Source of the DNA: an uncultured Verrucomicrobiae bacterium
Lineage (GTDB): Bacteria > Verrucomicrobiota > Verrucomicrobiia > Chthoniobacterales > UBA10450
NCBI GenBank assembly: GCA_963735805.1
Contig: CAVTMK010000004.1
Span: 736,001-800,000 of the forward strand
Length of the DNA: 64,000 bases
Direction of reading: 5' to 3'
In this document: piece after piece, positions 39,458 to 47,408 of the stretch
Layout of the letters: every line of letters begins with the position of its first letter
Position numbering within the stretch: position 1 is the first letter of the stretch
The notes under the pieces: model-generated
What the model was told of the DNA's origin: nothing
The model's input: only the letters and a program-made list of their open reading frames with translations
Databases searched by the model: none
Made by a program: the position numbers and the translations under genes

Positions 39458-41131
39458 TTATGGCCTGTTAGCCACGACTTTGGACGCCGACTTGCTTACA
39501 TCAACTTGCGCGCTCACCTTCTGAATTTGCGTGGCCTGCTCTTTAAGCTGCGCGGATAGGGCTTCAATTCCCTTTTGCTGCTGGGCGGCAGTTGACTCCA
39601 ACTCCGCAATTTTGGCCTGCTGTTGACTGATTTTGATTTGCTGTGCCTCGAGCTTCTTGTGGTCTTTCAGGAACTCGTTAAGCAACATTGCGTTCACCTG
39701 GTCGTAACGCACGCTGAACGGTTTCCCGTCCTTGTCACGCGCCACCAAGTTTGGATCCACTTCAGCGACTTCCTCGGCGATCAAACCAAATCGCGGACTG
39801 CAGTTCTTGTCGCTCTTGTAGTGGAAGGTCACTGGCTTGAGCGCCAGGATCGCTTCGCTGGTTTTGTCCATTGGTTTGATGTGTTCCTTAAAGCGTCGGG
39901 ACGAGGGCAGGGTACCGACCTTGCCATGGACATCAATGGCCATAGTGAGGTTGTCAGGATCAAGTGGTTCTTCGAAAACGTGGCCAATATAGCAACCGTC
40001 GGTCACGTCAACCCCATCAATACCGATACAAATAGTGTCACTGGCCGTAACTACATTGGAGCCAGCGTTCATGCCCAACGCGATATTGTTATTGCCGCTG
40101 GTGTTGTTGACGAGCGCGTTTGAGCCGATGGCAGTGTTATTGGATCCGCCTATGTTATGAATAAGAGCAAAGGTACCGGTGGCCGTGTTGTCGCCACCAG
40201 TGCTGTTGCTGACGAGCGCGCTATTCCCCGTGGCCGTGTTGCGGGTACCCGAACTGTTGTTTTCAAGGCTCGCCTGTCCGACGGCCGTGTTGCCTTCACC
40301 GGTGGTATTGCCAAAAAGGCTCCCCTCCCCGACAGCCGTGTTGTCGCCGCCGGTGGTGTTGTGAGACAGCGCAGCAGATCCGGTGGCCGTGTTGCCGCCG
40401 CCCGAAGTGTTTTCTCCAAGGCTCCCCTCTCCGACAGCCGTGTTTTCGCCACCGGTGGTGTTGTCTATGAGCGCAGCCTCTCCGACAGCCGTGTTTTCGC
40501 CGCCGGTGGTGTTGTGTTCGAGCGCAGCCTCTCCGACAGCCGTGTTTTCGATGCCGGTGGTGTTGAGTAAGAGGCTCGCCTCTCCGACCGCCGTGTTTTC
40601 GATGCCGGTGGTGTTGCTGAAGAGCGCAAGGGTGCCGGTGGCCGTGTTGTTTACGCCGGTGGTGTTGCTGGAGAGCGCGTTAGTCCCGGTGGCCGTGTTG
40701 GCACCGCCGGTAGTGTTGTTAAAAAGCGCAAAGGCTCCGTCGGCTGTGTTGTCGCCGCCCGAAGTGTTGTTAAAGAGGGCAAAGGCTCCGTCGGCTGTGT
40801 TGCTGGGCCCGGAGTTGTTGCTTAGGAGCGCACCCGCGCCAGTAGCCGTATTGGCGATTCCATCACCCGAACTTGGGTTCCCCACATTGGCAAGGAGCGC
40901 TCCCGCGCCAAGAGCCGTGTTGAACTGGCCAGTGGTTTCGCTCCTGAGGGAAAACCAACCAACTGCTGTATTGTAAGTGCCGGTGGTGAGGCTCAAAAGA
41001 GCGTTTTGCCCTTCTGCCGTGTTGCCTCCCGGATAGCCGCCATCCGGCGCTGGGACAACCGCTTGCGCAATTGGGGAAAGCGCGAAGCCCCCCATCGCAA
41101 GCAGATTAAGAATGACATTTCGATTTTTCAT
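39458..41131 (-). CDS. Secreted tail-fibre-like protein with expanded 14-aa repeats and S74-type chaperone
   Basis: Many 42-bp repeats (NTTGxENTAVGExxL), SSRRFK...FGLIAEEV. Confidence 0.82.
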   Translation of the reverse strand: MKNRNVILNLLAMGGFALSPIAQAVVPAPDGGYPGGNTAEGQNALLSLTTGTYNTAVGWFSLRSETTGQFNTALGAGALLANVGNPSSGDGIANTATGAGALLSNNSGPSNTADGAFALFNNTSGGDNTADGAFALFNNTTGGANTATGTNALSSNTTGVNNTATGTLALFSNTTGIENTAVGEASLLLNTTGIENTAVGEAALEHNTTGGENTAVGEAALIDNTTGGENTAVGEGSLGENTSGGGNTATGSAALSHNTTGGDNTAVGEGSLFGNTTGEGNTAVGQASLENNSSGTRNTATGNSALVSNSTGGDNTATGTFALIHNIGGSNNTAIGSNALVNNTSGNNNIALGMNAGSNVVTASDTICIGIDGVDVTDGCYIGHVFEEPLDPDNLTMAIDVHGKVGTLPSSRRFKEHIKPMDKTSEAILALKPVTFHYKSDKNCSPRFGLIAEEVAEVDPNLVARDKDGKPFSVRYDQVNAMLLNEFLKDHKKLEAQQIKISQQQAKIAELESTAAQQQKGIEALSAQLKEQATQIQKVSAQVDVSKSASKVVANRP

Positions 41132-41202
41132 GAGTGTAATGTTCCTTACGGTGTTTTTGGCCTTCTTTGACTTTTCGTTATCAAGAAGTCATGCTTGGCC
41201 GT

Positions 41203-41246
41203 TCACTGATGTACTTCGTAAAATTTCCCGACGCGTTATGTGGAAA
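41203..41246 (-). promoter_or_regulatory. Conserved ECF-type promoter motif, copy C (ATAAC variant)
   Basis: TTTCCACATAACGCGTCGGGAAATTTTACGAAGTACATCAGTGA. Confidence 0.55.
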
Positions 41247-41435
41247 GTTCTGTTTTTTACTGAAGGCAACGAAGGTGTTTCATTTGGGCTGGGACTCACA
41301 TTGCTTTTGTTTCCTTCGTCCGCTTCTCTTATCGGTCTGGATGAGCGACGAACCACTCGCCGCGGCTGGCGCGGTCGGCTACTGGCAATGAATCCTCGTC
41401 TCCTTCTCTGAATCTGTTTCCGTCCGATCCCCGGC

Positions 41436-42416
41436 TCATGGCCCATTAGCCACGACTTTGGACGCCGGTTTGCCTACCTCAACCTGCGCGCTCACCTTCT
41501 GAATTTGCGTAACCTGCTCTTTAAGCTGCGCTGCAAGAGCTGCCACGGTGGCTTCCAATTGCTCGACCTTCTTATGATCCTCGATAACGTCCCTAAACCG
41601 CAGCTTCTGGGCCGTGCCGAAAGTACCGAGCTTGCCAGTGTTATCCGAAAAGACAGCAGCGGCGCTGTTAAGATCAATCACTCCGTCGAAGATGCCACCA
41701 ATATAGCAGTTTGATTGTCCTCCTTGCGGCAGGTTGTCACCTATTCGGATCGTGTTGTTTTCCCCAGCCAATCCGCGCACCTGAACGCCAATATCGATGT
41801 TGTTATCGCCTGTCAGATCGGCGCCGGCTCCAAAGCCTAGTGCAGTGTTGTTGTTCCCAGTAGTGCTAAAAAGTGCCCCGAGACCAATGCCTGTGTTCTG
41901 TGTGCCGGTAACGTTGTCAACAAGCGCATTAACGCCGAAGGCTGTGTTGCCGGTGCCTGTCGTGTTGAGGGCGAGTGCACTCCAACCAACGGCCGTGTTG
42001 AAGTCGGCCGTAGTATTGCTGAAGAGCGCATTAGGGCCCATGGCGGTGTTGCCGGTGCCGGTGATGTTGCTAAAGAGCGCGAACGCTCCATTGGCCGTGT
42101 TGTCGGCACCAGTAAAATTGCTTAATAGCGCTCCGGCGCCGACAGCCGTGTTTTGATCCGCGGTGTTGAGTCGGAGCGTTCCAGCGCCCAGGGCCGTGTT
42201 CAAGCTGCCGGTTTGGTTGCTCTGGAGCCCGACGAAACCAACCGCCGTATTGTAAGTGCCGGTGGTGAGGCTCAAAAGAGCGTTTTGCCCTTCTGCCGTG
42301 TTGCCTCCGGTATAGCCGCCGTCCGGCGCTGGCACGACTGCTTGCGCAATTGGAGAAAGCGCAAAGGAGCCAAACGCGAGGAGTATTGCTGTGAATATGG
42401 TTTTTCGATTTTTCAT
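41436..42416 (-). CDS. Secreted G/N/T-repeat protein lacking the S74 core; close paralogue of 35291..36292
   Basis: About 480 bp nearly identical to 35576-36054. Confidence 0.8.
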   Translation of the reverse strand: MKNRKTIFTAILLAFGSFALSPIAQAVVPAPDGGYTGGNTAEGQNALLSLTTGTYNTAVGFVGLQSNQTGSLNTALGAGTLRLNTADQNTAVGAGALLSNFTGADNTANGAFALFSNITGTGNTAMGPNALFSNTTADFNTAVGWSALALNTTGTGNTAFGVNALVDNVTGTQNTGIGLGALFSTTGNNNTALGFGAGADLTGDNNIDIGVQVRGLAGENNTIRIGDNLPQGGQSNCYIGGIFDGVIDLNSAAAVFSDNTGKLGTFGTAQKLRFRDVIEDHKKVEQLEATVAALAAQLKEQVTQIQKVSAQVEVGKPASKVVANGP

Positions 42417-42476
42417 GATTCGATTTTCTGGTTTTAGGCTCCGCTGGATTCTATGGGAGAACCCAGTTCCGGCCGT

Positions 42477-42520
42477 TCAGTGATGTACTTCGTAGAATTT
42501 CCCGACGCGTTACGCGGAAA
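42477..42520 (-). promoter_or_regulatory. Conserved ECF-type promoter motif, copy D
   Basis: TTTCCGCGTAACGCGTCGGGAAATTCTACGAAGTACATCACTGA. Confidence 0.6.
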
Positions 42521-42538
42521 GTGGCAGAGAATTAAAGG

Positions 42539-42660
42539 ACCACGGATTGCGCGGATGGAACGGATGGATTCTTGGGTGGCATCTGAAAAGACGCCGTACA
42601 ATTGGACACGCGATTTGGCCGTTCACTCTACCCATCAGTCTTATCCGCGTGATCCGTGGT
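42539..42660. repeat. ACCACGGAT...ATCCGTGGT inverted-ended repeat element (left arm also at 37792)
   Basis: ACCACGGATTGCGCGGATG at 42539 and 37792; ATCCGCGTGATCCGTGGT at the right end. Confidence 0.55.
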
Positions 42661-45491
42661 TAATTCTGTTTCGGCGCGAGGGAGGCGACGATTTTTTCGA
42701 AGCAGGGATCGCCCCGCAGCGGGTCCCAGAACGGCAGCAGTTTCAAATCGCCATAGCTGATCTCGTGCCGGGAGCGAGTGACAATGCCAAGCTTTTCGCA
42801 GGCGAGGTTGTTATCGCCAACCCAGGCAGCGATATTAGCCAGAACCCCGATCACCCGTATGCCGTTGGTTGCATCTTTTTCCACGGGAAGCAGCTCAACG
42901 GCGCGACGCCCTTCGTCGAGGGCTTCCTCTGTGCGACCAAGCCCGGCGTCGATTAAGCCAAGAACGCATAAAGTACCAGCATCATCAGGACGAGCGCGAA
43001 CTAGTTTCTCTTGCTCCGAGCGTGCAGCAGTGAATGCGGAACGCGCTTTGGCATCGTCTTTTGTCATCCGAGCGATAAGGCCTTGTATAAAATGCGGGCT
43101 GTATTGTGGAATCGTGTTGCCAAGACTGTTTTCGCCCAATGCCGCTAAAGCATTCGCAGCCGCAACAGGGTCGCGTTCTGCCAGTGCGCAACCGAGCCAG
43201 AAATCGGCGACACTTTGGATTGCACGAGGGTCTTTGGCGCGGATTTCATCAATGAGCTGATGCAGGGGGCGGGTATCGGCTTTCCAGTCCACCTCGACGG
43301 CCGCCCGCTCGGCTTTCGTCTCAACGTCGTTCGGCTGGATAGCCAACATGCGGTCCCAGATCGCTTCTTCGTCGGGATAGCGACCAAGATTCCTATAACT
43401 GAGAGCGGTTTGCTCTAACAGCGAAAAGTTGCGCGGGTCAAGCTCGATTGCGCGCTCCAGATTGCGTAACGCCTCTTCCTGGCTACCACCTGGGCGGCGG
43501 CGCTCTATGTAACCCTTCAGTTCGAATAACCGAGAGTCATTGGCCAGGGTCTTGCTAGCAGTTTCCAGTTCAGCCAGCGCGCCGTGATAATCGCGATATC
43601 CGTAATAAAGGTGTCCCGCGCGTGCAAGGTGTGCTTCGCCCGCATCGGGGCGCAGTCGAAACGCTGCATCGATGGCTGCTTTAGCTAAAGCCAGGCGCGC
43701 AGGCGTATGGTCCACATCACGGTTGTAAAGCACGTCATGAACCCAGGCGAGTTGGCAATACGCTTGAAAAAAGGTTGGGTCTTCCGCGACAGCCCGATTT
43801 AGCAAATCGGCTGCCAGCAAAAGATTTCCCTCGGGAACAATGCCGAGGTTTTTGGCGCGGCTATAAAGATCGAAGGCAGTAAGATTGGCCGTCGGCGATC
43901 GTTCGATGGCCAGTTTTTCAGTGGGCGAGACTTTGACCCGAAGCTGTTCGGCGACCTTTTGCGCGATCTCGCTCTGGAGCGTGAACAGGTCTTTCAAATC
44001 GCGGTCATATTCTTCCGCCCAGATGTGCGCGTCCGTGTGGGTGTCTATCAATTGGGCGTTTATATGAAGCCAACCTCCGGTCTTGCGTACGCTCCCTTCC
44101 AGCACGTGCGACACACCAAGCGCATCGCCGATCGAGTGCACGTTCTGTTTCTCGCGATATTGCATCACGCTTGTGCGGCTGATGACCTTGAGTTTGGCAA
44201 TCCTTGCGAGCTTAGTCAGAATGTCGTCCTGGACGCCATCAGCAAAGGAGGCATCCTCTCTGTCGTTACTCAGATTTTCAAATGGCAGCACGGCAATTCC
44301 AGCTGTCGAAGGACCGCGCAATAGATCGCTTTTCCAAACGATCACGCTGACGGCTGCTATCAAAGCGAGTGATAACCCTATAACAGCCGCAGCAGTTGGA
44401 TTTCGTTGCAGCCATTTCTTGCCTCGGCTAAAAACTCCGGTGGGCCGTGCCCGGATTGGCTCGTGCTTTAGCCAACGCTCAAGATCTTGTGCCAATGCGA
44501 GGGCGGAAGAGTAACGGCGCTGCGGATCTTTCTCGAAACACTTCATGCAAATCGTGGAGACGTCGCGATCTAATTTGGGATTCCATAGACGCGGTGGCCG
44601 CGGTTCGGTTTCAAGTAGTAACTTGATCGTCTCGTAGGTTGTTCCTCCTGCAAAAGGCGGATGGCCAGTTAGAAGCTGGTAGAGGACACCGCCAAGCCCG
44701 TAAACATCTGTTGCCTTGGTTAAGTTGGTGTTATTCCCGGCAGCTTGTTCCGGTGCCATGTAACTAGGCGTGCCTAGCACTTCCAGCGTTCGGGTAACCG
44801 TGCTTTCGGATTCGACTAATCTGGCAAGGCCAAAATCCGTGAGGTGCGGTTCACCTTTTACATCGAGCAGGATGTTTCCCGGCTTGATATCTCGATGAAG
44901 GATACCGTGTTCATGCGCGTAGTGAATGGTACGCGCTATTTTGGCGATGAGTTCAACTGCCTGTCGGATTGAGATCGGCGTGTGTTTAACTACCTCATCA
45001 AGCTGTCCGCCTTCGACGAACTTCATGCTGAAGTAACATTGGCCATCCCGCTCGCCTACCTCATAGATTGGGACGATACATGGGTGATCCAGTCTCGCAG
45101 CGGCTTCCGCTTCCAGGCGAAAACGCTTGAGGTGTGTTTTAGTGGCCCATTGGCCCAGCCCGATGACCTTTAATGCGACTATCCGGTTGAGACTCTTTTG
45201 GCGTGCTCGAAAGACGACACCCTGACCGCCGCGACCGATTTCCTCGAGTAGCTCGTAATCGCCTAGCTCGCCCAGCATCGTTGCCATCCGCGCTTGTCTT
45301 TTCGGTCGCGGCGCGTTGCCTGCGTCACTCGTTTGCAGATTTTCTGGGGAGCCGCAGTCATCGCCAGCGGCTACAGCGTCCGGCAAGACCCCTAGTGCTG
45401 TTTCGAGCGCGCAGCCGATGCAAAGTCCTTCCGGTGCGTCGGAAAAGATTCTTGCGCCGCACTTTCTGCAAACTCTGGTTACAGTCGCCAT
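42660..45491 (-). CDS. Hanks-type Ser/Thr kinase with TM helix, TolB-N-like domain and TPR repeats
   Basis: IGRGGQGVV, VALK, HRDIKPGN, DFGLA, GTPSYMAPE; IAVLPFENLS; TPR region. Confidence 0.93.
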   Translation of the reverse strand: MATVTRVCRKCGARIFSDAPEGLCIGCALETALGVLPDAVAAGDDCGSPENLQTSDAGNAPRPKRQARMATMLGELGDYELLEEIGRGGQGVVFRARQKSLNRIVALKVIGLGQWATKTHLKRFRLEAEAAARLDHPCIVPIYEVGERDGQCYFSMKFVEGGQLDEVVKHTPISIRQAVELIAKIARTIHYAHEHGILHRDIKPGNILLDVKGEPHLTDFGLARLVESESTVTRTLEVLGTPSYMAPEQAAGNNTNLTKATDVYGLGGVLYQLLTGHPPFAGGTTYETIKLLLETEPRPPRLWNPKLDRDVSTICMKCFEKDPQRRYSSALALAQDLERWLKHEPIRARPTGVFSRGKKWLQRNPTAAAVIGLSLALIAAVSVIVWKSDLLRGPSTAGIAVLPFENLSNDREDASFADGVQDDILTKLARIAKLKVISRTSVMQYREKQNVHSIGDALGVSHVLEGSVRKTGGWLHINAQLIDTHTDAHIWAEEYDRDLKDLFTLQSEIAQKVAEQLRVKVSPTEKLAIERSPTANLTAFDLYSRAKNLGIVPEGNLLLAADLLNRAVAEDPTFFQAYCQLAWVHDVLYNRDVDHTPARLALAKAAIDAAFRLRPDAGEAHLARAGHLYYGYRDYHGALAELETASKTLANDSRLFELKGYIERRRPGGSQEEALRNLERAIELDPRNFSLLEQTALSYRNLGRYPDEEAIWDRMLAIQPNDVETKAERAAVEVDWKADTRPLHQLIDEIRAKDPRAIQSVADFWLGCALAERDPVAAANALAALGENSLGNTIPQYSPHFIQGLIARMTKDDAKARSAFTAARSEQEKLVRARPDDAGTLCVLGLIDAGLGRTEEALDEGRRAVELLPVEKDATNGIRVIGVLANIAAWVGDNNLACEKLGIVTRSRHEISYGDLKLLPFWDPLRGDPCFEKIVASLAPKQN

Positions 45492-45510
45492 GTCGGACGG
45501 AACTCAGGTC

Positions 45511-46368
45511 TTATGCACGGACTACAGCGATCAAATGGCGTAACTCGTCTTCAACGTCGCCGGGCGTAGCTACCGTGTGAGCAATTTCCTCTCGCAATAA
45601 CGATTGGTAACGCTGTCGAAATCGATGAAATGCCTGCCTCACAGCATTGGCGGTCATGCCCAGTTGGCCGGCGATGTCCGCTTGGGACGGAGCACCCGGC
45701 TCGTCCGGTAGTAGTTGCGTCAAAGAATCAAACAATGCAGCCTTGCCTGCCGCGACGTATTCATTTTTCAAAAGGCCAAGCACGCGTTCCAATACCGTGG
45801 ATGCCCAGCGACGTTCGTAAATTTGCTCTGCAGTAACTGGGTCTTTGGGTTCCATGTCCGAGCGTTCGTCGCCCCTTAGTTCTTCCAGCGGGATAAACCG
45901 TTGTCCTTTTCCCCGCTTGATCGCCATCACCCGACGCCGTTCGTCAGCCAGAAAATATTTCAGTGCCCCTAGCAGATAAGAACGAAAGCGTCCTTTCTCT
46001 CTGCGAACGGCAGTGAGGCTTTTGTGCTCCAGCAAATCCGCAAAGAAACCCTGGGTGATATCCTTTGCTTCTTCGGGACCAATACCCTGTCGTTGGACAA
46101 AACCATAAATGGGTCGCCAATAAACACGGCAGAGTTTTTCGAGGGCGTTCTGCGCCGCAGGCGATTCGGTTTGCGCTTCCAACACTACGCTCCAGTGGGT
46201 GGTCGTAAACGATGCAACACCCTTTTGTATGCCGGGTTCCCAGGCAATTTCCGTTACTGCGCGAAAGTCCGCCGGTTGAACGGACTCGCTTTGTGGTGAG
46301 CTTTCAGAGTGATCAGGAGAACTCACGCCGTGATTCAAGTAAAAACTCGCTTCAAAATCAAGCTTCAT
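45511..46368 (-). CDS. ECF sigma factor (kinase-associated type, FTTTHWSVV N-terminus); start uncertain
   Basis: LCRVYWRPIY, AKDITQGFF (region 2), GRFRSYL, IAGQLGMTANAVRQAFHRFRQRY (region 4 HTH). Confidence 0.88.
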   Translation of the reverse strand: MKLDFEASFYLNHGVSSPDHSESSPQSESVQPADFRAVTEIAWEPGIQKGVASFTTTHWSVVLEAQTESPAAQNALEKLCRVYWRPIYGFVQRQGIGPEEAKDITQGFFADLLEHKSLTAVRREKGRFRSYLLGALKYFLADERRRVMAIKRGKGQRFIPLEELRGDERSDMEPKDPVTAEQIYERRWASTVLERVLGLLKNEYVAAGKAALFDSLTQLLPDEPGAPSQADIAGQLGMTANAVRQAFHRFRQRYQSLLREEIAHTVATPGDVEDELRHLIAVVRA

Positions 46369-46451
46369 GTAGCGCGCAAACCAGCTGGGACAACAGGCTG
46401 CGCCATTTATTTTGGGAGAAGTGTCCCCTCCGGTAAGGTTGGTGTGATTGG

Positions 46452-47408
46452 ATGAATCACACGTTTTTTATCGTCGGCCCAACTGCGTCAGGAAAATCCG
46501 AGCTGGCAGCCGTTGTCGCGCACGAAATTAACGCAGAAATTGTCAGCGCCGACGCATTTCAAATTTATCGCGGGCTCGATCTTCTTACCGCGAAGCCGGA
46601 CGCGTCAACGCTTGCGAAGGATCCGCATCACCTGATCGGCACAATATCTCTTCACGACGGGATGAACGCTGAAAAATATCGGCGTGCCGCGTCACGCGCG
46701 ATTGAAGAAATTCACTCCCGTGGCAAAATCGCGATCGTTGTTGGGGGAAGCGGGCTTTATATCAGTGCACTTACGCACGGGCTGGCGCCGTTGCCTCAAG
46801 CCAATCCAAAACTCCGCGAGAAATTGAACGCAATGAGCTCGGATGAATTGTGTTCCCAACTTGCCGAACTCGATCCCGAAGCGACCCGAAAGATCGACAT
46901 GAAAAATCGCCGTCGCGTAGTCCGAGCCGTGGAGATTTGCTTACTCACCGGGAAACCAGCGTCGGAAGTTGTAGCCGGGGTCGGTGACCCCGGTAAATCG
47001 GCAAACCCTCGGCCGCGGTCTTCGCCCGCGGCCACAGGGGTTTTCGTCTACCGCGATCGGGAAGAGCTCTATGCCCGAATTAATCGGCGGGTGGAAGCGA
47101 TGTTCGAAGATGGCGTTATCGAAGAAGTGCGCGCCGCCGGGCCGGTAAGCTCGACGGCATCGCAGATGATCGGGTATCGCGAGATTTGGCAATTGCTCGA
47201 CGGCGAAATCTCGATTCCGCAATGTATGGCCACGATTCAGCAGGCAACGCGGCGCTACGCCAAAAGACAGTTGACCTGGTTTCGGCGACAAACTAATTTT
47301 TTACCGCTGAACCTGTCGCTTTTTACTCAGAACGAAGCTGTGAATTGCGTCCTTCTCCGAATGCATTCGGAGCGTCGAAAGGTTTCAGGGGTTCGCGCAA
47401 AGGAATGA
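46452..47408 (+). CDS. miaA: tRNA dimethylallyltransferase
   Basis: GPTASGKS, EIVSADAFQIYRGLD, VGGSGLY, TRRYAKRQLTWFR. Confidence 0.95.
   Translation: MNHTFFIVGPTASGKSELAAVVAHEINAEIVSADAFQIYRGLDLLTAKPDASTLAKDPHHLIGTISLHDGMNAEKYRRAASRAIEEIHSRGKIAIVVGGSGLYISALTHGLAPLPQANPKLREKLNAMSSDELCSQLAELDPEATRKIDMKNRRRVVRAVEICLLTGKPASEVVAGVGDPGKSANPRPRSSPAATGVFVYRDREELYARINRRVEAMFEDGVIEEVRAAGPVSSTASQMIGYREIWQLLDGEISIPQCMATIQQATRRYAKRQLTWFRRQTNFLPLNLSLFTQNEAVNCVLLRMHSERRKVSGVRAKE
46970..47036. repeat. REP doublet (REPIN-like) in frame inside miaA
   Basis: GTAG-CCGGGGTC-ggt-GACCCCGG plus an inverted partner GGCCGCGG...CCGCGGCCACA. Confidence 0.65.

Noticed and set aside
40150..40800. Regular 42-bp repeats resembling a CRISPR array
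   Set aside because: In-frame 14-aa coding repeats with no unique spacers and no cas genes
35576..42169. Diversity-generating retroelement (template/variable repeat pair)
   Set aside because: No reverse transcriptase in the window; the copies are nearly identical without adenine-specific mismatches, and both are coding
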